A stretch of DNA of 64,000 nt from Pristiophorus japonicus (Eukaryota): assembly GCF_044704955.1 (NCBI RefSeq), contig NC_092006.1, positions 5,580,001-5,644,000 of the forward strand. Reading direction: 5' to 3'. The notes under the pieces were generated by a model that saw nothing but the letters and a program-made list of their open reading frames with translations, did not search any database and was not told where the DNA came from. The first letter of the stretch is position 1. The number at the start of each line of letters is the position of its first letter. Shown in pieces: positions 1 to 12,446 of this stretch. A program made the translations under genes and the position numbers.

Positions 1-175
1 ACTGAGGGAGCGCTGCACTGTCGGAGGGGCAGTACTGAGGGAGCGCCGTACTGCACTGTCGGAGGGGCAGTACTGAGGGCGCCCCGCACTGTCGGAGGGG
101 CAGTACTGAGGGATCGCCGCACTGTCGGAGGGGCAGTACTGAGGGAGCGCCGCACCGTCGGAGGGGCAGTACTGA
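1..175 (+). repeat. 33-bp SINE-derived minisatellite
   Basis: ACTGAGGGAGCGCCGCACTGTCGGAGGGGCAGT tandem copies. Confidence 0.85.
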
Positions 176-182
176 AATTTAG

Positions 183-1445
183 CTATGAGGAAAGATTGGA
201 TAGGCTGGGATTGTTTTCCTTGGAACAGAGGAGGCTGAGGGGAGATTTAATTGAGGTGTATAAAATGATGAGGGGCCTGGATAGAGTGGATAGGAAGGAG
301 TATAATGTTGGAAAGTGTGAGGTCATGCACTTTGGCAGAAAAAAATCAAAGAGCAAGTTATTATTGAAATGGAGAAAGATTGCAAAGTGCTGCAGTACAG
401 CGGGACCTGGGGGTACTTGTGCATGAAACACAAAAGGATAGTATGCAGGTACAGCAAGTGATCAGGAAGGCCAATGGTATCTTGGACTTTATTGCAAAGG
501 AGATGGCGTATAAAAGCAGGGAAGCCTTGCTACAACTGTACAGGGTATTGGTGAGGCCACACCTGGAGTACTGTGTGCAGTTTTGGTTTCCATATTTACG
601 AAAGGATATACTTGCTTTGGAGGCAGTTCAGAGAAGGTTCATGTGGTTGATTCCGGGGATGAGGGGGTTGACTTATGAGGAAAGGTTGAGTAGGTTGGGC
701 CTCTACTCATTGGAATTCAGAAGAATGAGAGGTGATCTTATCGAAACGTATAAGATTATGAGGGGGCTTGACAAGGTGGATGCAGAGAGGATGTTTTCAC
801 TGATGGGGGAGACTAGAACTAGGGGGCATAGTCTTAGAATAAAGGGCCACCCATTTAAAACTGAGATGAGGAGGAATTTCTTCTCTCTGAGGGTTGTAAA
901 TCTGTGGAATTCGCTGCCTCAGAGAGCTGTGGAAGCTGGGACATTGAATATATTTAAGACAGAAATAGACAGTTTCTTAAAAGATAAGGGGATAAGGGAT
1001 TATGGAGAGCAGGCGGGGAAGTGGAGCTGAGTCCATGATCAGATCAGACATGATCGTATTAAATGGCAGAGCAGTCTCGAGGGGCCATATGGCCGACTCC
1101 TGCTCCTATTTCTGATGTTCTAATGAACTGTTTCCCTTGACAAAAGGGTCAATAACCAGGGGGCATAGATTGAAAGTAATTGGGGGGAGGTTTAGAGGGG
1201 ATTTGTGGGGAAATGTCTTCACCCAGAGGGTGGTGGGGGTCTGGGGTGGAACTCACTGCCTGAAAGGGTGGTAGAGGCAGAAACCCTCACCACATTTAAA
1301 CAGTACCTGGATGTACACTTGAAGTGCCGTAACCCACAGGGCTACGGACCGAGAGCGGGAAAGTGGGATTAGGCTGGGTGTCTCTTTGTCGGCCGGTGCA
1401 GACACGATGGGCCGAATGGCCTCCTTCCCTGCTGTAAATTTCAAT
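183..1445 (+). mobile_element. Nested CR1 LINE 3' fragments (younger copy ~299-1120 inside an older copy)
   Basis: ORF2 C-terminus [30 protein letters not shown] plus CR1 3' UTR. Confidence 0.9.
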
Positions 1446-1469
1446 GTTTTGAATATTCTATAAGCAGGT

Positions 1470-2497
1470 CGATGAGTGATCAGATAGAGGGGTTTAAGAT
1501 TATGAAAGGGGTCGATAGGGTAGATGTAGAGAAGATATTTCCACTAGTGGGGGAGACCAGAACCAGAGGCCGTCAATATCAGACAGTCACCAATAAATCC
1601 AACGGGAAATTCAGGAGAAACTTCTTTACCCAGAGAGCGGTGAGAATATGGAACTCGCTGCCACAGGGAGGGGTTGAGGCAAATAGTATCAATGTATTTA
1701 AGGGGAAGCTGGATAAACACATGGGGGAGAAGGGAATAGAGGGATATAGGGATGGGGTGAGATGGAGAGGGGAGGGAGGGGGCTGGTGTGGAGCATAAAC
1801 CCCGGCACGGAGCGGTGGGGCCAAATGGCACAGGCGGTGAAGAAGGCAAGTGGTATGTTGGCCTTCATAGCGAGGGGATTTGAGTATAGGAGCAGGGAGG
1901 TCTTACTGCAGTTGTACAGGGCCTTGGTGAGGCCTCATCTGGAATATTGTGTACAGTTTTGGTCTCCTAATCTGAGGAAGGACATTCTTGCTATTGAGGG
2001 AGTGCAGCGAAGGTTCACCAGACTGATTCCCGGGATGGCAGGACTGACATATGAAGAAAGACTGGATCGACTAGGCTTATATTCACTGGAGTTTAGAAGA
2101 ATGAGAGGGGATCTCATAGAAACATATAAAATTCTGACGGGACTGGACAGGTTAGATGCAGGAAGAATGTTCCCGATGTTGGGGAAGTCCAGAACCAGGG
2201 TTCACAATCTAAGGATAAGGGGTAAGCCATTTAGGACCGAGTTGAGGAGAAACTTCTTCACCCAGAGAATTGTGAACCTGTGGAATTCTCTACCACAGAA
2301 AGTTGTTGAGGCCAGTTCGTTGGAAATATTCAGAAGGGAGTTAGATGTGGCCCTTACGGCTAAAGGGATCAAGGGGTATGGAGAGAAAGCAGGAATGGGG
2401 TACTGAAGTTGCATGATCAGCCATGATCATATTGAATGGCGGTGCAGGCTCCAAGGGCCGAATGGCCTACTCCTGCACCTACTTTCTATGTTTCTAT
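1470..2497 (+). mobile_element. CR1 LINE 3' fragments
   Basis: ORF 1762..2406; TTTCTATG-repeat 3' tail. Confidence 0.9.
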
Positions 2498-2538
2498 GAG
2501 TAGCCTGTGTCTGTGCTGCACGCTGTGTGCAATTCTAC

Positions 2539-2780
2539 CTGAAGGGTCACCCTCTGCAGAAGAATGAAATGGTGTGGGGAACGGAGCGATGAGAGCAAGC
2601 GAGGTAAGTTTCGAATCAATTACCGGTAGAGTTTGGCCGCGAGTCGAGCGGACCAATTTTTGCACTTTGCTGAATTTCTGAGCCGAGGTGCAGCAGTCCT
2701 TGACCTCAAAGGGCAGAGAAGCGAGGGCGACCCTGAAGCAGAGAGGTCAGGAGGATACAACCCGGCCACAGCCAGAGCAG
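2539..2780 (-). pseudogene. Possible 5' end of a fifth family member: leader-like 2780..2732 (CTG start, LLWLWPGCILLTSLLQ) plus 15-nt micro-exon 2553..2539
   Basis: Family promoter motif at 2954-2977 lies 174 nt upstream, the same spacing as in C and D. Strong polypyrimidine acceptor and CAG|gtagaa donor flank the micro-exon. No ATG, and the leader donor is weak (G|gtcgcc). Confidence 0.35.
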
Positions 2781-2953
2781 AGGCGCCCGGCTTGTGGGCC
2801 GCGCGTGACGCGGTAGGCGCCTCGCCCGCTGCTCACGCTGCTTGCGGGGAGGGGCCGCTTGCGAACAGACGCGAAAGGCTCAGCCACGAACTGGTGGAAA
2901 TAGCTGCACTGCCACAGATTCTGCCTTAGCCCGAAAGAGAGTGGCCGAGCTCG

Positions 2954-2977
2954 AAGCTCTCTGTGGTTTTCCTGTTG
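2954..2977 (-). promoter_or_regulatory. Family promoter motif (ETS GGAA plus RUNX-like AACCACA)
   Basis: aagctctctgtggttttcctgttg aligns without gaps to the motifs upstream of B, C and D. Confidence 0.6.
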
Positions 2978-3189
2978 CTGCAGAAAGGTCAAACTCTGAG
3001 ACATCACATCAAACCGCTCGCAGTTTGCCGCCCAGAGTACATTCAACCAAAACTACAGCAGCCCCCGTGTGCATTAACCTCATGTGCACCATTGCCTTTC
3101 TAGGTGGCGGTGCTCGGACAGAAGGAATTGGTGTTATTCTGAGTCCCAGTTACATTCATTAACCACCCCCCCCGCACTCCCTCCTCCAC

Positions 3190-3510
3190 CGCGGCTGCAG
3201 TGTGCACCATCTATCTGGCAAGTGTCTCACCTCCTGACTCCCCCAAAGCCTCTCCCACCATCTCCAAGTCAGGAGTGTGATGGAACACTCCCCACTTGCC
3301 TGGATGAGTTGCAGCTCCAGCAACGCTCGAGAAGCTCGACACCGTCCAGGACAAAGCAGCCCCGCTCGATCGGCCACGCTCCCCACCACCTTCAACACTC
3401 ACTCCCTCCACCACCGGCGCACCGTGGCTGCAGTGTGCACCGTCTACACGATGCACCGCGGCAACTCGCCAAGGCTTCTTCGGCAGCACCTCCCAAACCC
3501 GCCACCTCTA
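3190..3510 (+). mobile_element. RTEX-like LINE remnant (3' UTR pieces also at ~4380-4650, ~9300 and ~11895-12000)
   Basis: Degenerate MEHSPLAWMS.. ORF2 tail; the same 3' UTR recurs several times in the window. Confidence 0.55.
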
Positions 3511-3844
3511 CCCGCTATACCAGGGGTGGATTAACCCCACCAAAGAACATCGGCCCACCAAATAAAGGTAGGAACAAAATATAAGGCCTTCCAAATAGGC
3601 TGAATAGAATCCACAACGAGAGAGGGGAAAAGCAAGACTGAGGAAAATATCGTTTGTTGGCCTAACGTGTACATAGATCAACGACAGGCCAAATCCACCC
3701 TTTTCACTCTGTGTATTGAACATGGCTGCTGGCTACTATTGAAATGGGAGACATCATTGAGAAATTCCCATGTAGGAAATCTCGCAATGTTATCCTATAA
3801 AGTACCTACGGGCTATATACTGGCTGATACAGGCTAGATTCACT

Positions 3845-4125
3845 TGTATATACCTATATACACTAATGTACCTATATACACTAATGTACCTATATACAGA
3901 AGTACCTATATACACGAATGTATCTATATACACTAATGTACCTATATACACTAATGCACCTATATACAGGAATACACCTATATACAGAAGTACCTATACA
4001 CACTAATGTACCTATATACACTAATGCACCTATATACAGGAATACACCTATATACAGAAGTACCTATATACACGAATGTACCTATATACAGAAGTACCTA
4101 TATTTACTAATGTATCTATATACAG
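3845..4125 (+). repeat. ~18-bp AT-rich tandem repeat (TACCTATATACACTAATG variants)
   Basis: Directly visible. Confidence 0.85.
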
Positions 4126-5441
4126 AACAGAAAATGTAGTAACCTGTTTTATTTCACATGTTATTGAGAGAAATTTGCATCTCTAGATAGGAACCTAGTA
4201 TTACAATATTACCAGAATATATACCTACTTGATACAGAATATATGCTTTCATTGTTGAATAAACTGGCCTATGTTTTCATACTCAGAATCAGAATCATAC
4301 ACATCATGTAATGAAGATGAACAAATGTAATTATCGGCCCATTTGGATTAGTTTGCCCCAGGACCTTAATCTGGTCCTGAAGGGCAGCAGGTGTATGGGA
4401 ACACCACCCCCTCCACATTCCCCTCCCTGTCACACACCATCCCGACTTGGAAATATATCGGCCGTTCCTTCATCGTCGCTGGGTCACAATCCTGGAACTC
4501 CCTCCCTAACAGCACTGTGGGAGCACCTTCACCACACGGACTGCAGCGGTTCAAGAAGGCGGCTCACCACCACCACCTTCTCAAGGGGCAATTAGGGATG
4601 GGCAATAAATGCCGGCCTTGGCCAGCGATGTCCATATCCCAGGAACAAATAAAACATTTTTTATTAAAAGGTAAAGAAAAGTGTGTAATATTCTTACCAC
4701 GTTAACCTGAAACAACTCAAAAGTTACCCCGCATAAAGCATTCTGTATCTTCACCAGTTAGAATCAATATATCGGAGATGAGCAAGCCATCTGCCAGAAC
4801 TGTAACCAAAGCATGTTTTTTATTACTTTAACAGGTTCTCTAGGGGATATATTTTTCTCGTTTTCCAATTCAAACGAGCAAACAAGTGATCGGATTTTGT
4901 ATTTTTTTTAAAATCCAGACGTATTCATGCATAATTCATGTTTTCATAAAAGTTGAATTAGTACTTAAAATAAAAAGCAAAGTGCGTATATATCAAATTC
5001 TTACAAACTTTTCACCCAACTCCCTCAGTGTACTTCCTCCCAGATCGCCCCAGTGCAGATTCTCGGAGATTTTGCTCTCAATTTTTGTTGAATTTCCACT
5101 CAGAATTATTCGCAGTGAAATCACAAGCCAGCTGGAATACCTTCGCGGTTCCGCTAACAATAGCGATCATAAGACAGCATTAACGGTACCGCTAATAGAT
5201 TGCAGCCGGGGTTCAATTTCCCTTCGGTTATTCGGTGTACGGAAACGCCTGCGTGCAGCATTGGGGGGGGACAAATGTTCAATGTAACCTCCTCCTGGCA
5301 AAACACTTGCAATTTAGGAGCATCGAACACAAGTAGGAACATTTTTTTAACATAGTCCTACTCCGGTTAAAAGGCTCGGCTGTGACCACCACCACTCGGC
5401 TGTGTGGCCCAATGCTGTCCCGGGGAATTTACAGCCACGGA

Positions 5442-6410
5442 AACATAGAAAATAGGTGCAGGAGTAGGCCATTCGGCCCTTCGAGCCTGCACCACCATTC
5501 GATATGATCATGGCTGGTCATGCAACTTCAGTACCCCATTCCCTGCTTTCTCTCCATACCCCCTGATCCCTTTAGCCGTAAGGGCCAACTCTAACTCCCT
5601 GTTGTCGGGCACTTCCAAAGGCAAAGGCACCTGCAGGGTGTACGTGTGCATGTATATGTAAAGGGCGGCCAGATATATAAAATGGCTGCCAGAGATTCCG
5701 CAAAGCATTAGGGGAATTTAGCTAGCCAGCTTGACTACGTTCCTAGCAACTGAAAAGGGCGCGCTCAGCAGAATGTCTCGAATCAGCAACCCCCCCAGAC
5801 AAGATGTCCTGGTAGATTACTAGACAATGGGATCCCTGTAACTGTGCAACTGAGTAATGGGATTCTCATAACTGTATCAAGATAAGGAGGTTAGGCGCCA
5901 ACAAAACCCAAGGACAGTTGAGGTAAGGGGGTCTGGAAAAACATCAGGAGACCAGAAGTAACTCCTTTCCTGGACATGAAGTGATCACACAGCCCCTGCT
6001 ACTGAGGGGCCAAATCCATTGGCCCAAAGGAACCGATATGTAACCGATACTCGTTATGATTGGATTGTGTCCAGCCGAGATGGGCTGAGTAATTGTAGTG
6101 AACTGACTGTAAAACATATAAGTAGTGATGAATTGCTTTGTTCGGTGGAGAGGAGTGCCTGGAGTTACCCAGAGGCTGTCTCCCCGCCGGCGTAAACAAA
6201 CCGTTTTTGACGTTTGGAACCGACCCGAGTGACGATCGATTCTTCCAGAAAACATCCGCGCCAACACTCCCTTTTGAATATATCCAACGAACTGGCCTCA
6301 ACAACTTTCTGTGGTAGAGAATTGCACAGGTTCACCATTCTCTGGGTGAAGAAGTTTCTCCTCATCTCGGTCCTATATGGCTTACCCCTTACCCTTAGAC
6401 TGTGACCCCT
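5442..6410 (-). mobile_element. CR1 3' fragment interrupted by the solo LTR
   Basis: CATAGAAA tail; [12 protein letters not shown] motif. Confidence 0.85.
5600..6266. mobile_element. Solo LTR (667 bp) inserted in a CR1 fragment
   Basis: TGTTG...CAACA termini; 5-bp TSD CTCCC at 5595-5599 and 6267-6271; the CR1 sequence resumes exactly after it. Confidence 0.85.
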
Positions 6411-7574
6411 AATGTGGAGTGTGACCTCTGCCAATTGCAACCCCGCTGGAGACAATTGGAACTGATCACAGGGCTGGTTCTATCGCTCAGTGTAATGAAT
6501 TCTGAAACAAAACCCTCTTTGATGCGATTCATTTACCGGGGTGGACTGCACACACAGCTCTGGGTTCGTTTCTAGAGCAGTGGAATTGCAAAGGCGAGAT
6601 GCTCTATGCTTACATGGAACCAAGGTTGGACCACACTTGGAGCACTGTGCATAATTCTGGTCTCCACATTCGAAAAATAGAGAAGGTACGAAAAAGATAA
6701 ACAAGGACGAGACCAAGGACTGAGGGGTTGGAATCATAGAATCCGAGACGTTTACAGCAGGGAAAGAGGCCGTTCAGCCCATCGTGTCCACGCCGGCCGA
6801 CAAAGAGCCACCCAGCCTATTCCCACTTTCCAGCTCTCGGTCCGTAGCCCTGTAGGTTACAGCACTTCAGGTGCACATCCAAATGTGGTGAGGGTTTCTG
6901 CCTCTACCACCCTTTCAGGCAGTGAGTTCCAGACCCCCACCACCCTCTGGGTGAAGACATTTCACCTCAAATCACCTCTAAACCTTCCCCCCCCTCCTAA
7001 TTACGTTCAATCTCTGCCCCCTGGTTGTTGACCCCTCTGCCAAGGGAAACAGGGTTACACCTATCAGGAAAGTCCTGTGGAGTGACCTAATAGGGGGTCT
7101 TTAAAATGATGAAAGGGTAGGGCAGACAGAGAAAGGGAATGGTTCCACTTGTGATGGGAGACCAGAACCAGGGGCCGTTAATATAAGACAGTCACTAATA
7201 AACCCAATGGCGAATTCAGGAGAAACTTCTTTACCCAGAGAGCGGTGAGAATGTGGAACTCACTGCCACAGGGGTTGAGGCGAATAGTATCGATGCATTT
7301 AAGGGGAAGCTGGATAAACACATGAGGGAGAAAGGAATAGAGGGATATGGGGATGGGGTGAGATGGAGAGGGGTGGGAGGGGGCTGGTGTGGAGCATAAA
7401 CACCGGCACGGAGCGATGGGCCGCTTCTGTGCCGTAATATCAAAAAGTCTTAACGACTAATGCAAACAGAGCATAACTGTGCTATGAATTTTCCTGTGGA
7501 CACAAATTACAATACATCGTGGAACACTGCAATCATTGTTATCGTTTGCCGAGGTGTTCAATCAAACTACGAGA

Positions 7575-8452
7575 AAGAAAGAAAGACTTGCATTTACATA
7601 GCGCCTTTCACGATCAAAGGACATCTCAAAGCGCTTCACAGCTAATGAAGTACTTTTGGGGTGCAGTCACTGTTGTAATGTGGGAAACGCAGCAGCCAAT
7701 TTGCGCACAGCAAGCTCCCACACACAGCAATGTGATAATGACCCAGATCATCTATTTTAGTGATGTTGGTTGAGGGATAAATATTGGCCCCAGGACACCG
7801 GGGAGAACTCCCCCTGCTCTTCTTCCAATAGTGGCCGTGGGATCTTTTACATACGGGGCCTCGGTTTAATGTCTCATCTGAAAGAGGGCACCTCCGACAG
7901 TGCGGCGCTCCCTCAGTACTGCCCCTCCAACAGTGCGGCGCTCCCTCAGAACTGCCCCTCCGACAGTGTGGCGCTCCCTCAGTACTGCCCCTCCGACAGT
8001 GCGGCGCTCCCTCAGTACCGCCCCTCCGACAGTGCGGCGCTCCCTCGGTACTGCCCCTCCGACAGTGCGGCGCTCCCTCAGAACTGCCCCTCTGACAGTG
8101 CGGCACTCCCTCTGCACTGCCCCTCCGACAGTGCGGCGCTCCCTCAGTACTACCCCTCCGACAGTGCGGCGCTCCCTCAGTACCGCTCCTCCGACAGTGC
8201 GGCGCTCCCTCAGTACCGCCCCTCCGACAGTGCGGCGCTCCCTCAGTACTGACCCTCCGACAGTGCGGCGCTCCCTCAGTACTGCCCCGCCGACAGTGCG
8301 GTGCTCCCTCAGTACTGCCCCTCCGACAGTGTGGCACTCCCTCTGCACTGCACTGGAGTGTCAGCCTGGATTTACGTGCTCAAGTCCCTGGAGTGGGACT
8401 CGAACCCACAACCTTCTGCCTCGGAGGCGCGGGTGCTGCCCATTGAGCCACA
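7575..8452 (-). mobile_element. tRNA-headed DeuSINE (SacSINE1-like) with an internal 33-bp tandem expansion
   Basis: B-box-like GGTTCGAGTCC head, Deu-domain core, TCTTT tail; array at ~7890-8350. Confidence 0.8.
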
Positions 8453-9371
8453 TTGGTAAATAGTGAAGTATTCCTGTGGATCGAGTGAATTCAGAAGAAT
8501 AAACACGGTTGTCTCTGCCGTTATTTATGCAATAGGTTCAGTCAGTGGAAACCTACGCAATGGGCCTTAACAGAAAGGAGGGCAGTGCATGATATATTTT
8601 TAAATAGTAGGACTGATTTAAGAAAGGATTTGGATTCATTCAGCTTCTGTCTGAGTGCAATGAACGAAGGTGTCTCACCGATTAGATTTCCGCGTGCATC
8701 TTGTGTCCTGGGGAGCAACAGACCAGTAACTAACACATTACATGCAGCGCGGTCTGGTCCCTTGCAAGTAAGCTGTAGCAAGAATGTGTCACAACCTCTT
8801 TGCAGAATAAACTATAATGACCACTTTCGGATAACACAGCGAGCTTTCACCTCCCAAACCCACGGCTTCCACCACCTAGAAGAACAAGGGCAGCAGGCGC
8901 ATGGGAACACCACCACCTCCAAGTCCCACACATAGAATCAGGGAAGGGTTACAGCACAGAGTCCGGCCATTTGTCCCGTCGAGCTCGTGCCGGCTCTCTG
9001 CAAGAGCACCTCAGCCAGTCCCACTCCCCCGCCCTTTCCCCCGTACCCTTGCAAATGTTGTTTCCTTCAGGTAATTATCCAACTCCCTTTTGAAAGCCAC
9101 GTTTGAGTCTGCCTCTACCACCCTCTCAGGCAGTATATTCCAGACCCTAACCACTCGCTGCTGAAAAATAGTTTTTCCTCATTTCGCCTTTGCTTCTTCT
9201 GCCTTAAATCTGTGTCCTCTGCTTCTCCACCCTTCTCCCAACGGGAACAGTTCCTCTCTGTCTGGACCCCTCACGATTTGGCCATCCTGACTTGGGCATA
9301 GGTCATTGGGTCACAATCCTGGAACTCCCTCCCTAACAGCACTGTTAGGAGCACCTTCACCACAGCGGACT

Positions 9372-11892
9372 GTCGAACTCATTTGGCAGAACGTCTGATC
9401 GCCAGAGCTTTCACACAAGCACCAAGATGTAGCTTAGTTGGCGGTGAGGAGGGCCTTACCCGTCAGAGCCTTCATGCACAGCCGACGTCTCAGCAGCACG
9501 GCAAGGTGCCCCCGAGTCGGCTGTGGGGCGGACGAGACTGTCACCCTTCTCCTTCGGGATTGCGCCTTCGCAAGGCAGGTTTGGAAAGAGATGCAGTGGT
9601 TGCTGTCGAGGTTCATCCCGAGCAGCTCCGTAACACAGGACCCTGTGCTCTAGGGGCTGTTCCCAGGGACACACACCCAGACAGACATCACCTGCTGCTG
9701 GAGGGTCATCGACTCGGTCAAAGACGCTCTTTGGTCTTGCCGAGACTTGCTGGTCTTCCAGAGCAAGGAGATGTCCACGGCCGAGTGTTGCAGACTGGCG
9801 CAATCCACGATCCAGGATTACGTGCTGAGGGACACACTTAAAATTGGTGCAGTCGCCGCAAAGGCACGGTGGGGAAGGGCCGCAGTTTAAAGCCCTTCTG
9901 CCACGGTAAACCCAGGGGCAGGAATCAGTACAAAACTCCCCTCGGGCCGTACTTTTTTTAAATTTCAAAGTATACTTTATTCATATAAAAATCTGTACAG
10001 TACATTCAAAAGCAGTTCAGTACATTTAGCTGCGGTCAGCAATCCCATACACTACATTTGGGTGCTGACGGAAGTTCCGTTCGATACATTTCCTTGCTTT
10101 TCAGTTCAAGTACAATTCGGTACAATACGGGATACCTTGTAGTAACATAGAAACATAGAAAATAGGTGCAGGAGTAGGCCATTCGGCCCTTCTAGCCTGC
10201 ACTGCCATTCAATGAGTTCATGGCTGAACATTCAACTTCAGTACCCCATTCCTGCTTTCTCGCCATATCCCTTGGTCCCCCTAGTAGTAAGGACCTCATC
10301 TAACTCCTTTTTGAATATATTTAGTGAATTGGCCTCAACAACTTTCTGTGGTAGAGAATTCCACAGGTTCACCACTCTCTGGGTGAAGAAGTTCCTCCGC
10401 ATCTCGGTCCTAAATGGCTTACCCCTTATCCTTAGACTGTGACCTCTGGTTCTGGACTTCCCCAACATTGGGAACATTCTTCCTGCATCTAACCTGTCTA
10501 ACCCCGTCAGAATTTTAAATGTTTCTATGAGGTCCCCTCTCATTCTTCTGAACTCCAGTGAATACAAGCCCAGTTGATCCAGTCTTTCTTGATAGGTCAG
10601 TCCCGCCATCCCGGGAATCAGTCTGGTGAACCTTCGCTGCACTCCCTCAATAGCAAGAATGACCTTCCTCAGGTTAGGAGACCAAAACTGTACACAATAC
10701 TCCAGGTGTGGCCTCACCAATGCCCTGTACAACTGTAGCAACACCTCCCTGCCCCTGTACTCAAATCCCTTTGCTATGAAGGCCAACATGCCATTTGCTT
10801 TCTTAACCGCCTGCTGCACCTGCATGCCAACCTTCAATGACTGATGTACCATGACACCCAGGTCTCGTTGCACCTCCCCTTTTCCTAATCTGTCACCATT
10901 CAGATAATAGTCTGTCTCTCTGTTTTTACCACCAAAGTGGATAACCTCACATTCGACAAATTACATTACACGTGTCACTATACAGTACACGGAATGGGTG
11001 ACGGTACATTTACATTTTTTCTTTTCAACGTGCATTACGAAACAGACCTTGCATTGTACATGGCACTACACAGGTGTTTACAGATCATGGTGCTCCATGT
11101 ACACAAAAAAGAAGTTACAAGTACGGCCTGAGGGGAGTTTTGTACTGATTCCTGCCCCCGGGTTTATCGTGGCAGAAGGGCTTTAAACTGCGGCCCTTCC
11201 CCACCGTGCCTTTGCGGCGACTGCACCAATTTTAAGTGCGTCCCTCAGCACGTAATCCTGGATCGTGGATTGCGCCAGTCTGCAACACGCAGACGTGGAC
11301 ATCTCCTTGCTCTGGAAGACCAGCAAGTCTCGGCAAGACCAAAGAGCGTCTTTGACCGAGTTGATGACCCTCCAGCAGCAGGTGATGTCTGTCTCGGTGT
11401 GTGTCCCTGGGAACAGCCCGTAGAGCACAGAGTCCTGTGTTACGGAGCTGCTCGGGATGAACCTCGACAGCAACCACTGCATCTCCTTCCAAACCTGCCT
11501 TGCGAAGGGGCAATCCTGAAGGAGAAGGGTGACAGTCTCGGGCTGTACTTGTTAATCTGCTTGTATACATAGAGCACCATGTACTGACAAACACCTGTGT
11601 TTGTGCCATGTACAATGCAAGTCTCTGCACTGTTTAGTAACTTGTAAAGAAATGTAAATGTATTCTCACCCCGTTCCGTGCACTGCTTTCAACTGCACAG
11701 CGCTACATGTAACATGATTTACGGATTGTACTAAACCGTACCTTGAAATGAAATGCACTCGAGTGCATTGTACGGAACTGCTGTCAGCATCCAAATGAAT
11801 TGCATGGAATTGTTGGCCACAAGTTGCTGAACTATTTTCCAATGTATTGTGAACATTTTATATGAATAAAGTATATTTTTGGAAAACAAAAA
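9372..11892 (+). mobile_element. Tx1/L1-clade LINE 3' portion containing a nested antisense Tx1 (9953-11537) and a CR1 (10145-10950)
   Basis: C-terminal zinc-finger region CPRVGC..HLL.DC.FA..VW; AATAAA and A-tail at ~11865-11892; CGGACTG duplicated at both ends. Confidence 0.8.
10145..10950 (-). mobile_element. CR1 LINE 3' fragment (young)
   Basis: ORF 10238..10873. Confidence 0.92.
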
Positions 11893-12275
11893 CACGGACT
11901 GCAGCGGTTCAAGAAGGCGGCTCACCACCGCCTTCTCAAGGGGCGATTGGGGATAGGCAATAAATGCCGGCCTGGCCAGCGACGCCCAGATCCTGTGAAC
12001 GAATCAAACACAATTCTAAACTTTTAACTGCCAAAATGAATAGTCAGAACAGTGTAAAATGTGCACACCCATACCGTAATCTTTCCGCCATGCTCTCCGA
12101 ACGACAATGCAGCAAAGCTCTTCGCGTCCATTCTGCAACTCGCACTAGCCTGGCCACTGTGACGCACAGACACTGGCCACATCTCAAGTGCATGAAGGAT
12201 GGGATTGCTCAGGGCACGGCACCCAAAAGGCTTAGGTCGTAATAGTTTCCACTGCATCTGAAGGGGCTGCAACCG

Positions 12276-12308
<33 letters not shown>

Positions 12309-12388
12309 ACGGAACATTTGTCGCCCTCTCCGACTGTAGAATGTTCTGAGCGAGCACGGGAATAGCTGAGTGTGCCCCCGGCCCCAGG

Positions 12389-12446
12389 ATGTTGCTGGAA
12401 GCGTTTCCCCTGATCCTCACACTCCACCACGTGTGTTGGAATTACG
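12389..12446 (+). CDS. Gene A exon 1, signal peptide MLLEAFPLILTLHHVCWNY
   Basis: ATG, hydrophobic stretch, 58 nt ending G|gtgagt (phase 1, typical of IgSF leader exons). Confidence 0.75.

Noticed and set aside
2560-2603. Plus-strand 44-nt exon ending GAG|gtaagt
   Set aside because: Two of three frames are closed and no partner exons were found; the same bases read better as a minus-strand polypyrimidine tract.
7642-8463. Repetitive ORFs (GSTEGAPHCRR / SDSAALPQYCP), also near 26.8 kb and 55 kb
   Set aside because: Translations of the 33-bp SINE-internal minisatellite, open in several frames.
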